DNA of 64,000 bases from an uncultured Acidimicrobiaceae bacterium (GCA_963714125.1 OY970234.1:2733641-2797640), one strand, 5' to 3'. Counted from the stretch's first letter, positions 8,322 through 17,658 are shown. Numbers and translations: made by a program. Notes: generated by a model not told the origin, from the letters alone.

Positions 8322-9275
8322 ATGAGCCCCATGGCCCCGAAGCTGCGCATTCCTGCGTACCTGCAGGCTTCGACCGACGTCGGTGGAGCCGAGCGCGTGG
8401 CGTGGCTGACCGAGCTGCCTGACCGGGTCGAGGAGCTGACGGCCCGGTGGGGCTTGGTTCTCGGCGAACCGTTCGAACCGGGTGGCAACTGCTCCTGGGT
8501 GGCGCCTGGAATCGACTCCGATGGCCGAGACGTCGTCTTAAAGGTGGCGTGGAACCACCCCGAAGCGCGACACGAGGTGGAGGGCCTCGCCGCGCTCGAC
8601 GGCCACGGGGCGGTGGCGGTGCACGCCTTCGAGCACGTGCCACCCCTACGGCCCGACGACAGCACCGATGACGGGGCCGTCGGCGGCACCACCGCCATGC
8701 TGCTTGAGCGGTGCCGACCCGGGACCGAGCTGCGCTCCCGCCCTGAAGCCGAGCAGCACGTCGTCATCACCGGTCTGCTCCGGCCGGTGTGGGCCGTCAC
8801 GCTGTCAGAGGGCCACCCATTTCGTCCCCTGTCGGTGATGGCTGATCAGTGGGTGACCAACGCCGAGAAGCGGCTCGTTGACAACCAGAATCGACTTGAC
8901 GTCGGCCTCGCCCGCCACGGCCTGGCGCTTTTTCGCGAACTCTCGCGTCGCGGACCCGCTGACGTGTTGCTGCTCACCGACCTGCACGCCGGCAACGTGC
9001 TGTCTGGGGAGCGACTCCCATGGTTACTCATCGACCCGAAACCGTATGTGGGCGATCCTCATTACGACGTCCTCCAGCACGTCCTCAACTGCACCAAGTC
9101 GCTCCAGGGCGATCCCATCGGTTTGCTCACAACGGTGGCCGACCTGGCCGAACTGGACGCCGACCGGGTCCGGCGGTGGCTCTTCGCCCGCTGCGTTCAG
9201 GAGATGTTGGACGGGAGTTCACCTTGGCTCGGGCTCGGGCTCGACCTGGTGCTGGCGCGCCTGGGAGATGTCTAA
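8322..9275 (+). CDS. Aminoglycoside/streptomycin-kinase-like phosphotransferase (APH family)
   Basis: Kinase catalytic motifs LLLTDLHAGNVL and LLIDPKPYVGDPHYD. N-terminal VLKVAW-type Lys. Start at ATG 8322 or 8331. Confidence 0.75.
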   Translation: MSPMAPKLRIPAYLQASTDVGGAERVAWLTELPDRVEELTARWGLVLGEPFEPGGNCSWVAPGIDSDGRDVVLKVAWNHPEARHEVEGLAALDGHGAVAVHAFEHVPPLRPDDSTDDGAVGGTTAMLLERCRPGTELRSRPEAEQHVVITGLLRPVWAVTLSEGHPFRPLSVMADQWVTNAEKRLVDNQNRLDVGLARHGLALFRELSRRGPADVLLLTDLHAGNVLSGERLPWLLIDPKPYVGDPHYDVLQHVLNCTKSLQGDPIGLLTTVADLAELDADRVRRWLFARCVQEMLDGSSPWLGLGLDLVLARLGDV

Positions 9276-9335
9276 CGTCCCCGGACCCCGCGTTGCCGAG
9301 GTGTACAGCCTCGACCGTTGAAGGTGCGTCGCGCT

Positions 9336-10925
9336 CTACGTGGCCGACGCCACGTACTGATCGACCGGCGTCAGTCCGGATTGTCCGTTGGAGGTCCCCG
9401 GTACCGAACCCACCGACGCGTAGGTGAAGTTCAGCTGGTTCGTCAGTGACGTGCCAAACGATCCTCCGACGATCTGGCCCGTGATGGCCCCGTCGTTGTT
9501 GAACGCCAGGATGCACGGGTCATAGATCAACGTGTTGATCGGGTAGGAGGTGGTACCGAAAGCCTCCTGATTGGTGCCCTGGATCTCGTAGTTGGTCCCA
9601 CAAGAAGAAAGGGACATCACCGACGCCGTCGTGGGGCTGGTTGGATCGGCGGGCACGATGAGGTAGAGGTCATGCACCGTCGAGCTCGAAGATTCCATGG
9701 TGGTGGCCGTGAAATTCAGCCCACCGGTGGCGGTGTCGACGACGGCGAAGTTGCTCTTGAGCTGAACCACGAGATTCTGCGGCAAGGCCAGGGCACAACT
9801 CGTATAGAGAACTGTGGGTGTGCTCGAGGTGGCATCGTTTTCAAACTCCAGATAGGCACCGGTCGGAGTCTGATTGGAGTTTTGCCAACTTCCGCACGTC
9901 CCGGTGTAGTTGTCCACCGTCCAGCCCGCGCTCGTCCAGGCTGACGAGTTCCAGGTAACGACGGGGAACGTAGGCACTGTGGGCAGCGTGACGCTGGCGT
10001 TTTGGGTGATCGTTCCCTTGACGTACGAGGAACTGGCCGGCGCCACAACTCCCGACGCCGTAACGTTCCCTTGGAACTGTGGCCCGGTGTTGGAGAACGA
10101 CACTCCCCCATTGATGAGGGCATTGCCGTCAATCTTTGGCGACGAGGTGTTCACCCCTGTGTCGCCATTTACGTCGAGTGCCCCAGTGATCGTGCAGCTA
10201 TTGGTCATAGAGAACCCGATATTGGAGGCATTGCCAACGGTGGTGGCGTTGGCATCGCCGGGATCATTGACGTACAGAGGTCCGTTGACAGTGGCGCTGT
10301 TGCACTGCAACGGCCCATTGATGAACACCGTGCCGGTATTGGTTGTGGCCGCCATGCTGTTGTTCAACTCGAGACCGGTGTCGTCGTAGATGCCGTACCC
10401 AGTGAGAAAGCCGCCCGAAGACGACACGCTATAAAGCGAGTCGAGTGTCTCTTTACTACTCGACCGGGAGCTCCCTGCTGATCCGACGTCCACGACCAAG
10501 ATGGCAGCGACCCCGCTCGAGGAGGCCACCGACCCGCTCACGCACGCGATGGCACCGGAGGCGGTGGGCGGGAACGAGGCCGAGCTTAACGAGCTGTAGT
10601 ACGTGATGGTGGCGCTGTAGGACTGCGGGACCGAGCCGGTGGCGACCGTACCCGTGAGGCTGCACGGCAAGGAGCTCCCGTTTTGGATGTCCGCCTGCAA
10701 CGTCGTGAAGGCATTATTCACGCCGGCCGACGCGCTCTGCGTGGCCGACGCTGTAAGGACGCCTGTCTCGACGTTGGTCACGTTGTTCACAACCGAGATC
10801 GCCACCGTGGCGCTCGTGACGACGAACACCGACAGGATCACCATCGCCATGACGAGGGCAACCCCTTCTTCTTTGCGAGGATGGAGAGCGAAAAGGCGCT
10901 TGACGACAACCAGGCGCCGTCTCAT
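9336..10925 (-). CDS. PilX/GspK-like pseudopilin-related protein with Asn/Gly/Thr-rich beta-solenoid-like core (529 aa)
   Basis: N-terminus MRRRLVVVKRLFALHPRKEEG/VALVMAMVILSVFVV is a basic leader, then Gly, then a hydrophobic helix with no Glu at +5. The ATG overlaps the stop of the upstream pseudopilin gene (ATGA at 10922-10925). Confidence 0.6.
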   Translation of the reverse strand: MRRRLVVVKRLFALHPRKEEGVALVMAMVILSVFVVTSATVAISVVNNVTNVETGVLTASATQSASAGVNNAFTTLQADIQNGSSLPCSLTGTVATGSVPQSYSATITYYSSLSSASFPPTASGAIACVSGSVASSSGVAAILVVDVGSAGSSRSSSKETLDSLYSVSSSGGFLTGYGIYDDTGLELNNSMAATTNTGTVFINGPLQCNSATVNGPLYVNDPGDANATTVGNASNIGFSMTNSCTITGALDVNGDTGVNTSSPKIDGNALINGGVSFSNTGPQFQGNVTASGVVAPASSSYVKGTITQNASVTLPTVPTFPVVTWNSSAWTSAGWTVDNYTGTCGSWQNSNQTPTGAYLEFENDATSSTPTVLYTSCALALPQNLVVQLKSNFAVVDTATGGLNFTATTMESSSSTVHDLYLIVPADPTSPTTASVMSLSSCGTNYEIQGTNQEAFGTTSYPINTLIYDPCILAFNNDGAITGQIVGGSFGTSLTNQLNFTYASVGSVPGTSNGQSGLTPVDQYVASAT

Positions 10926-11548
10926 GCGGCCGGTGCCGTTTCACAATCCGTCGCCATGGCGAGGGTACCCACATTGGTCGCGTTCAGCGTCGTGCTTATG
11001 GAAAGTGAGGCCTGATTCGCCGACGGACGGAGGTCCAGTGCCACCGTGACGGCGGTTGGGGTGCCTGTGGTCATCGTAAATGGCGTTGTGGGCGGCGGAT
11101 AGATGGCAGGTTCAACGGGGATGAACGCAGTAGCGGTGGATGAACTCGGCAGCCACGAACGCTGCTCGAGCTCACCAGCCGTTGAGATGGCCCACTGGTC
11201 GCAACGCAAGGTGCCTCCGGCCTGACTGAGGACGACAAGGGCATCGCCCGCCTGGGTTCCCGTGTCCTGGGTCGAATAATTGGTGCCACTGCTCGGACTC
11301 GGCGAGTACACGACGACTGCCGATGAGATTTCCTTCGTAAGGGGAAGAAAGGTGGCCGCCATGATGACGTTGTCAGTGGCTTGTTGTTGAAGGACAAGCG
11401 ATCCATCGCTCACCGTCTTCAACGCCGGAAAGACGAGAAGCGCTGCCACCAAGGTGAGGACAAGCGTCAGCGCCACCTCGATGAGGGTGAAACCGGCATC
11501 ATTGTCCTGATCGCATCGTTCCCGAGTTTCGGGTCTCGCCTTCGTCAC
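10922..11548 (-). CDS. Prepilin-type N-terminal cleavage/methylation domain protein (minor-pilin-like, 208 aa)
   Basis: Canonical class III signal ..DNDAG/FTLIEVALTLVLTLVAALLVF (Gly -1, Glu +5). GTG start lies 4 nt after the upstream gene stop. Confidence 0.7.
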   Translation of the reverse strand: MTKARPETRERCDQDNDAGFTLIEVALTLVLTLVAALLVFPALKTVSDGSLVLQQQATDNVIMAATFLPLTKEISSAVVVYSPSPSSGTNYSTQDTGTQAGDALVVLSQAGGTLRCDQWAISTAGELEQRSWLPSSSTATAFIPVEPAIYPPPTTPFTMTTGTPTAVTVALDLRPSANQASLSISTTLNATNVGTLAMATDCETAPAA

Positions 11549-11552
11549 GTCG

Positions 11553-11954
11553 TCACGTTGTCACGGCGTACGCGCTCGTGGCGCTGGACGACGATGCCGA
11601 AATACTTACCATTGTCATGCTGTGACTCAACCCTCGGCTGGTCCATGTCGCCGTTCCCGTTTCGGTCGCCCCGGAGGAACACGTCATCGGGGTGACGGTG
11701 ACGGAGAAGGTTGTGTCGAGTTCGGTCACGCTCGTTGACGTCCCACAGCCGCCGGTGCGGAGCTCGGTGGCGAGGAGTTGCGCGGCTTGCAGCCGCTGCG
11801 ACGCGTACTGACTGTCGTTAAAGCCGCTGGTCAAGGCTCTGAAGGCGAGAACGCTCGTGGTCGAGATCAGCGCCACCGCGATCACCACCTCGATGAGGGT
11901 GATCCCGGACTCAGCGCGCCCGCGTGCCGACAACAGTCGACGAATCCGTCGCAT
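11553..11954 (-). CDS. Prepilin-type N-terminal cleavage/methylation domain protein (133 aa)
   Basis: MRRIRRLLSARGRAESG/ITLIEVVIAVALISTTSVLAF (Gly -1, Glu +5). Two Cys in the C-terminal half. First gene of a three-gene minus-strand operon. Confidence 0.7.
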   Translation of the reverse strand: MRRIRRLLSARGRAESGITLIEVVIAVALISTTSVLAFRALTSGFNDSQYASQRLQAAQLLATELRTGGCGTSTSVTELDTTFSVTVTPMTCSSGATETGTATWTSRGLSHSMTMVSISASSSSATSAYAVTT

Positions 11955-12241
11955 GATCCAGTCATCGGCCGATGCGCAGGAGATCTGTACCTTGCGCTCA
12001 CAAGAAACAGCACAGGGCCCGGACTCCCGGCTCCCCTAACCCGCCACCGCGGCGCGCCAGCACGTGGACCCGCCATGTTCCGAAGCACATGGTTTCGGCG
12101 TCGATGGCGGAGTTGTGCAACCCGGGTTGACGCCGCCAGGGCGGCCTATGGCGCATGCCGCTGTGCCGGAGGCAGGAACTGCAATCCAGCTTTGACCCAA
12201 CGCACGCGCGATCATGTCGGCGTGACGGCACTCCCTGAGAA

Positions 12242-13372
12242 ATGGCGCGTCCGACCATGAGCGAGACCTACGACGCCAGCTACGAGCACTATCCGATGTC
12301 GGGTCTCGACGAGTTCCTCATCCACAACCATCCGAACCCGGTACGAGTCATGTGGACATCGGACCCTCAGGCCTACGAGCGCATGTGGTTCACCAGTCAA
12401 GACACCACCGGGGATCTCCTGGTGGTAGCCGGCATGGGCATCTATCCGAACTTGGGAACGGCTGACGCCTTCGCCATTGTGAACGTGCGCGGTCGCCACA
12501 CCACGGTAAGGGCGCACCGAAAGCTGGGCCTCAATCGGATGGACATGAATGTCGGCCCGCTGCACTTCGAACTCGTCGAGGCATTCAAGCAGTGGAGGGT
12601 CACCCTCGACGACAACGATTTCGGCATTTCCTTCGATCTCTCGTGGTTCGACACCAAGCGTCCCGTGTACCGACTCATCGGCGGAGGACTGTTCATCGGG
12701 ACGAAGCCGTTCGCCGGCGTGGCCGGTTACGACGGCTTTGGCCGCCAATCCGGATGGGTGACTGCCCACGGTGAGCACTTCACCCTGGACCCGCAGATCC
12801 ACCGGGGCAGCCGCGACCATCATTGGGGTACGAGGGACAGCGTGGGCGGTCCCGCATTGTGGAGCGGGAATCAGCACCCCCACTCCGGTGAGTGGGTCGA
12901 GTTCTCTGAATATGGGATCTGGGGCGACCACGTTCTGTACAATTTGGGTGATCCCCGCCGTGGGAGCGAGACCCTTCGGGGCCGACGTCATCGCCTCCGG
13001 TTCGAAGAGGATACCCATCTCCTTTTGTCGGGCGAGGTGGATCTGGTTTTCGTCTCCGGCGAGGAGAAGACCATGACGTTCACTCGTATGGGCAACCAGA
13101 TCGCCTTTCTTCGCTGCGGTATGTATGGCGGACCCAACGGCGGCACGCCCGACGGCAACATCTGGCACGGCATGGCGGTCGGCGACGTGGTCAGCGGTGA
13201 GACCTTCGACGTCAATGATCCTCAGGTCCGGGCCAGAATCTGCGGACTCGACCAACACCACGCCCGCTTCGAGTGCGACGGCGAGGTGACCTACGGGATG
13301 GTCGAGCCCTACGACACCCTTTGCTACGAGATGGCACGCAGCGGCGTCGGTGGTTTCTCGCTCCTTCCCTGA
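12242..13372 (+). CDS. Conserved-looking cytoplasmic hypothetical protein (376 aa)
   Basis: Non-repetitive sequence with balanced composition, rich in Trp/His/Asp (..SRDHHWGTRD.., ..FLRCGMYGGPNGGTPDGNIWHG..). No TM segment or signal peptide. No family recognised. Alternative start at ATG 12257. Confidence 0.7.
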   Translation: MARPTMSETYDASYEHYPMSGLDEFLIHNHPNPVRVMWTSDPQAYERMWFTSQDTTGDLLVVAGMGIYPNLGTADAFAIVNVRGRHTTVRAHRKLGLNRMDMNVGPLHFELVEAFKQWRVTLDDNDFGISFDLSWFDTKRPVYRLIGGGLFIGTKPFAGVAGYDGFGRQSGWVTAHGEHFTLDPQIHRGSRDHHWGTRDSVGGPALWSGNQHPHSGEWVEFSEYGIWGDHVLYNLGDPRRGSETLRGRRHRLRFEEDTHLLLSGEVDLVFVSGEEKTMTFTRMGNQIAFLRCGMYGGPNGGTPDGNIWHGMAVGDVVSGETFDVNDPQVRARICGLDQHHARFECDGEVTYGMVEPYDTLCYEMARSGVGGFSLLP

Positions 13373-13389
13373 TAACGACGACCGCGTCG

Positions 13390-14421
13390 TCACGAGACGC
13401 GGCTGGTCAGTAAGTCGAGAAGTGGATTGCTCTCGATGGGGAGCATCAAGGGTTCCCCCGCAGCACGGCGGAGGTAACCGATACGGGTCATGATGGCCGT
13501 GCTGCGCACCATGGCCAGGGTCTCGTACCACGCCAAATCGGTGACCGTATGCCCGCTGAGCTCTTCGAACAGTGCCACCATGGCGTCCCGATCGACGAAC
13601 CCGGGAGTCCGCTCTCCGAAAAGTCGCTGCACGGTGATGTCGAGGCTGGTGAACCAGGCCAGGTCGTGTTCGGGAGCACCGATCGACGTCATGTCCCAAT
13701 CCAATACGGCCCGAACCGACAGATCGTCGCCGAATACGGCGTTCTCGAGGCGAGCATCTCCCCACAGCAACACGGGTGTAGCGCGGTCGGCGGGACGGTT
13801 GCCCCGACACCAGTTCAGGGCGGAGACCAGAGCCGGCACGGGGTCCCCGTCGCTCGACCAGTCCAGATACTGCTCCCAATAGTCGAGTTCGTCGCCGTTG
13901 TCGCGCCGCGGCACGGCCGAAAGGACGTCGGTGTCCGCCCGGTGGCAAGCGGCCATGGCGGTCAGAAGATTGGCCTGGACCAGCGCTTGGTCGGCCGGGC
14001 TCCGGCTGCCCAACCAGCGGTCCTTGTGCGCCACGGCGCCCACCACATGGCCCTCCACCCGGGGCATGGTGATGAAGGGGGCGCCCAACCACCGCGATTC
14101 CGTCTCCAAGTGCGGATCAGCCACCGGTACGCCGGCCGCGGCCGCCGCGTGCTGGGCTTGCCACTGCGACTCGAGGTCGTAGTTGGCGAAGGTTCCTGCC
14201 GTGGCCGGTGCCAGACGTATGACCGTGGGCACCCGTGTCGACCCGGTGGCTGTCGACCAGGTGACGTCGAGGAAGATTGTCTCGCTCGAATAACCGGCCG
14301 CCGGTCGGTGCAGGTTGGTGACCACGGGACCGGGGACCTGGTGATGTTCGGCCCACCATCGGCCAAAGCGCTCGGCCAGCTCGGAGTCAGCCTCCGATAG
14401 CCCGCTGTCCTCGTTGCTCAT
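13390..14421 (-). CDS. Phosphotransferase-family protein (APH/ACAD10-11 N-terminal kinase-like)
   Basis: Start at ATG 14421 (MSNEDSGLSE..). Motifs LLWGDARLENAVF and VLDWDMTSIGAPEHDLAWF. The ATG overlaps the P450 stop (ATGA at 14418-14421). Confidence 0.8.
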   Translation of the reverse strand: MSNEDSGLSEADSELAERFGRWWAEHHQVPGPVVTNLHRPAAGYSSETIFLDVTWSTATGSTRVPTVIRLAPATAGTFANYDLESQWQAQHAAAAAGVPVADPHLETESRWLGAPFITMPRVEGHVVGAVAHKDRWLGSRSPADQALVQANLLTAMAACHRADTDVLSAVPRRDNGDELDYWEQYLDWSSDGDPVPALVSALNWCRGNRPADRATPVLLWGDARLENAVFGDDLSVRAVLDWDMTSIGAPEHDLAWFTSLDITVQRLFGERTPGFVDRDAMVALFEELSGHTVTDLAWYETLAMVRSTAIMTRIGYLRRAAGEPLMLPIESNPLLDLLTSRVS

Positions 14422-15659
14422 GTGCCGACGACGACAGGCAGCGACTCCCATCCACGTACGGTCGACGTGCGAGCCCGAACGGCGCGCTCGGTGACCACTT
14501 CCCACGTCGGGAACCGCTTCAGCACTTCTTCCAGTGCGACCCGAGCCTCAAGACGGGCCAGATATGCGCCCAGACAAAAATGGAGCCCATGCCCGAAGGT
14601 GAGGTGGCGCCCGATGGTGCGTCGGATGTCAAAACGATCCGGCTCTGCGAACTGGCGCTCGTCCCGGTTGGCCGAAGCGTTGAGAAGAAGCACCACGCTT
14701 CCAGCTGCCACAGCCGTGCCGTGATGTTCCACGTCCTTGGTTGTCACGCGGGCCTGCACCGGTGACGGAGGTTCAAAGCGAAGAAGCTCTTCGATAGCGT
14801 TGGGCAGGAGGCTCAGGTCATCCGCCAACGCTTGACGCTGATCGGGGTGATCGCACAAGAGTTTGCCGGCCCAGCCGATGAGGCGCGTCGTCGTCTCGTT
14901 GCCCGCCCCCGCTAGCAACCCAATATAAAGGAGCACCTCGTCGCGCGTGAGCGTGCGTAGCACCCCGTCCTTGTCGGTGAACTCGACGGTCAGCAGCTCG
15001 GTCATGAGGTCATCCGAAGGATGCTCGGCTCGCCAGTCGAGGTACCGGGCGTAGTCGTCGCCAAATTGATCCGTTAAAAGCGCCACCTCGGGCATCACGC
15101 CTTCATCGAGTGTCATGAAATCGTCAAATCGATCTCGCAGCAGTTCCTGGTCTTCCTCGGGGATGCCCAGCAGCATGCCGATGGTGCGCATCGGGATGGG
15201 CGCCCCCAGATCGGCGATGAAGTCGAAGCCACCTTGTCCGATAAGAGGCTCCAAGCTGCGTGCCGCGAAGTCCCGCACCTTTGGCTCGATGGCCGCCATC
15301 CGGCGGGGAGTGAAGACCCGGCTCAAGACGCCCCGATGCACGTTGTGGTCGGGAGGATCCTCGAAGATGAACATGCCGGGGGGCATCTGCATGCCAGCCT
15401 TGATGATCTCCAGAACGGAACCCTGGGCCGAGCTGTACGTCTGCCAGTCCAGCAGAGCGGCTTCCACGTCCTCGAAACGGCTAAGGGCGTAGAAGTCGTA
15501 TTTCTCGTTGTAATACAGCGGTGCCTCGTCGCGCAGACGCTTCCACGCCGGATAGGGATCCGCGTCGATCTCGAAGTCGTACGGGTCGTAGTAGATGTCC
15601 CCGGCCATCAGGCCGTTCACGCTACTTCGGGCCATCGGTGCGGTGCCCGGCTGGGACAT
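14418..15659 (-). CDS. Cytochrome P450
   Basis: Heme loop FGHGLHFCLGAYLAR, I-helix AGAGNETT, and EELLRF (ExxR). Start is uncertain: ATG 15659, TTG 15677 or ATG 15635. Confidence 0.9.
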   Translation of the reverse strand: MSQPGTAPMARSSVNGLMAGDIYYDPYDFEIDADPYPAWKRLRDEAPLYYNEKYDFYALSRFEDVEAALLDWQTYSSAQGSVLEIIKAGMQMPPGMFIFEDPPDHNVHRGVLSRVFTPRRMAAIEPKVRDFAARSLEPLIGQGGFDFIADLGAPIPMRTIGMLLGIPEEDQELLRDRFDDFMTLDEGVMPEVALLTDQFGDDYARYLDWRAEHPSDDLMTELLTVEFTDKDGVLRTLTRDEVLLYIGLLAGAGNETTTRLIGWAGKLLCDHPDQRQALADDLSLLPNAIEELLRFEPPSPVQARVTTKDVEHHGTAVAAGSVVLLLNASANRDERQFAEPDRFDIRRTIGRHLTFGHGLHFCLGAYLARLEARVALEEVLKRFPTWEVVTERAVRARTSTVRGWESLPVVVGT

Positions 15660-15783
15660 CCCTGGGAATGCGGTCAATTGTTCGTGACCACAGTCCGAAC
15701 CCGGCGCACTCCCAGGATCTGCTCAGGGCTGCCGACAAGTCTCAGGGATCGTGACCCTGCTCGCCGACAAGAAGGCGGCCCCG

Positions 15784-16905
15784 ATGGCGGGGCCCGGAGA
15801 CGACGTCCACCGCCTGGGCCGGGTACCCGCCTTTGACGGGCTGCGCGCCGTGCTCGTGGCTGCCGTCCTCGCCTATCACTTGGACGGGGGCCGGTTCAAG
15901 AGTGCGATCGGCGAGGTAGCCGTGATCGTCTTCTTCGTCTTGTCCGGCTTCCTCATCACGGCTCTGCTCGCCGATGAGCACCGGCGCACCGGCCGCATTG
16001 CCATCGGTACCTTCTATGCCCGGCGGGCCCGGCGCCTGTTCCCCGCCTTGGGCGCGCTGCTCCTGGTGTGGCTCATCGTGGCTCTCCTGGCCGGGCATGA
16101 GCCATGGATGACGTCGGTTCCCGGTGGAGGGGCGGGAACGGGGATCTCTCCCCGTACCGCCCTCGAAGCAGTGGGAGTGGCGGCTGGCTACATGACCAAC
16201 TGGTTTGATGCCCTGCCGGGCCTGCATCTGTGGGTGGGCTATGTCCCGCTCGGTCACCTATGGACGCTCGCCGTGGAGGAGCAGTTCTACCTTTTCCTGG
16301 CCCCGGCCATGTTGGTGGTGCTTCGGATGCGCCAGTCACACTGGATCATGAGCGGTGCCGCCGCGCTGGCGTTCGCTGACCCGGTGGTGCTTTGGCACGA
16401 CGGCACCCATCGCCTGTATTTCGGTACCGACACCCGATCGGGCGCATTGCTCCTCGGCTCGGCCGTGGCGTTGTGGTGGGTGCGAGGGCGCGGTGCGTGG
16501 CTGGCGCGACGGGGAATCTCGCCTTTGATGATCGGCGTCGGCGCCGGCTGTCTTTTGGTGGCCGGCGTCGGCTTCACCGGTGACGTGCACGAATGGTCAT
16601 GGATAGGCGCGCTGGTGCTGGCGGCCGCGGCGGGGGGACTCGTCGTGGCCACGCTGGCCAGCCGACGTGATGACGCCGTATCCAAAATGCTCAGCCGGCC
16701 CATCTTGCTGTGGCTCGGGCAGCGCTCCTACGCCATTTACCTCTGGGGATATGTATTCAACACGTGGTTCAGGTCCCTTGGTGTGGCGACCGTACCCATG
16801 GTCGTGGCCACGACGCTCGGCGCCGCCGCTTTGTCGTACCGGTTCATCGAGCGACCGTTTTTGCTGCGGCGTTCCGCTGATCTCAGGGCCGTGAATTCGA
16901 ACTAA
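15784..16905 (+). CDS. Acyltransferase family 3 (OafA-like) integral membrane protein
   Basis: ..VPAFDGLRAVLVAAVLAYH.., ..VIVFFVLSGFLIT.., ..ARRARRLFPAL.., with multiple TM segments. ATG 15784 is preceded by AAGAAGG. The track ORF starts at GTG 15751. Confidence 0.8.
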   Translation: MAGPGDDVHRLGRVPAFDGLRAVLVAAVLAYHLDGGRFKSAIGEVAVIVFFVLSGFLITALLADEHRRTGRIAIGTFYARRARRLFPALGALLLVWLIVALLAGHEPWMTSVPGGGAGTGISPRTALEAVGVAAGYMTNWFDALPGLHLWVGYVPLGHLWTLAVEEQFYLFLAPAMLVVLRMRQSHWIMSGAAALAFADPVVLWHDGTHRLYFGTDTRSGALLLGSAVALWWVRGRGAWLARRGISPLMIGVGAGCLLVAGVGFTGDVHEWSWIGALVLAAAAGGLVVATLASRRDDAVSKMLSRPILLWLGQRSYAIYLWGYVFNTWFRSLGVATVPMVVATTLGAAALSYRFIERPFLLRRSADLRAVNSN

Positions 16906-17545
16906 TTGTCGAGGCCATAGGAGCCGTGGCCAGGGGCAAGATCACGTCGTTCATCACCTGTTGGGCAAAAGCGATACCGGGGAGATCGCCGGTGTCGACC
17001 AAATGCTGGATCATCAGGGCCGGAAACAGCGAGATAAGAAGGTCCAGGTTTCGACCATCGGGCACCTCCCCTCGAGCCACGGCGCGCTCGAAGATGGCCC
17101 GGAACATGACCTTGCGTGGCTCGACGAATTGCCGGGCAAAGACCTCGCGCAGCTCCGCATCCCTGGCCAACGCGGTGATGAGCCCCAGCATGACTTGGGC
17201 GTCAGAAACGTTGTCGCTGCCGCTCGATGATTCGACGAGTGTCTCGAGATCCTGGCGCAGGGAGCCGGTGTCGGGCACGATCATCGGTCCCTTGCGACCG
17301 TTGAGCGCATCGACAACGAGCTCGGCCTTTCCGTGCCAGCGTCGGTAAATCGTGGTCTTGCTGGCATGGGCACGAGCCGCCACCGCGTCCATCGTCAACC
17401 GGTCGTAGCCGATCTCGCCGAGCAGCTCCAGGGCGGCCGCCTGCAGCGCAGCCCCTCGAGCAGCGTCCAGCGATCTCCCTCGGTGCTGCACGCCCCGGTC
17501 AAGGACCTCCGTGCCCGCCTCGCCTGCCGTATCCAAGACACTCAT
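16883..17545 (-). CDS. TetR-family transcriptional regulator
   Basis: HTH ..YDRLTMDAVAARAHASKTTIYRRWHGKAELV... Start taken at ATG 17545. The 3' end overlaps the convergent acyltransferase gene by 23 nt. Confidence 0.85.
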   Translation of the reverse strand: MSVLDTAGEAGTEVLDRGVQHRGRSLDAARGAALQAAALELLGEIGYDRLTMDAVAARAHASKTTIYRRWHGKAELVVDALNGRKGPMIVPDTGSLRQDLETLVESSSGSDNVSDAQVMLGLITALARDAELREVFARQFVEPRKVMFRAIFERAVARGEVPDGRNLDLLISLFPALMIQHLVDTGDLPGIAFAQQVMNDVILPLATAPMASTISSNSRP

Positions 17546-17574
17546 GGCCCGGTTCCTGACCGCCGTGAATAAAC

Positions 17575-17595
17575 GATACGGTAACGTACCGTATC
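17575..17595. promoter_or_regulatory. Candidate TetR operator: perfect 9-bp inverted repeat GATACGGTA-ACG-TACCGTATC
   Basis: Read directly. It lies in the 113-bp divergent region between tetR (17545) and the MMPL gene (17659). An extra half-site CCGTATC is at 17527-17533. Confidence 0.55.
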
Positions 17596-17658
17596 TCGGC
17601 GTCGTCGTCTTCCGAGACACTCCTGACGTCTCCCCATAGCCCGGAGGATTCCCCCCCT

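Noticed and set aside
8230-8643. N-terminal extension of the aldolase ORF (359-aa version)
   Set aside because: The extension is Arg/Pro-rich, overlaps the divergent kinase gene, and precedes a good internal ATG where aldolase homology begins.
12212-14092. 626-aa minus-strand ORF spanning the 376-aa gene and the kinase gene
   Set aside because: The translation is Arg/Gly/Pro-rich with no motifs. It is antisense to (or out of frame with) two ORFs that carry clear family motifs. This is a typical high-GC shadow ORF.
15660-15750. Possible biarylitide-type mini-ORF upstream of the P450
   Set aside because: The only short ORF on the correct strand encodes MRRVRTVVTNN. It has no Tyr/His crosslink residues, no SD, and is not the MxYxH type.
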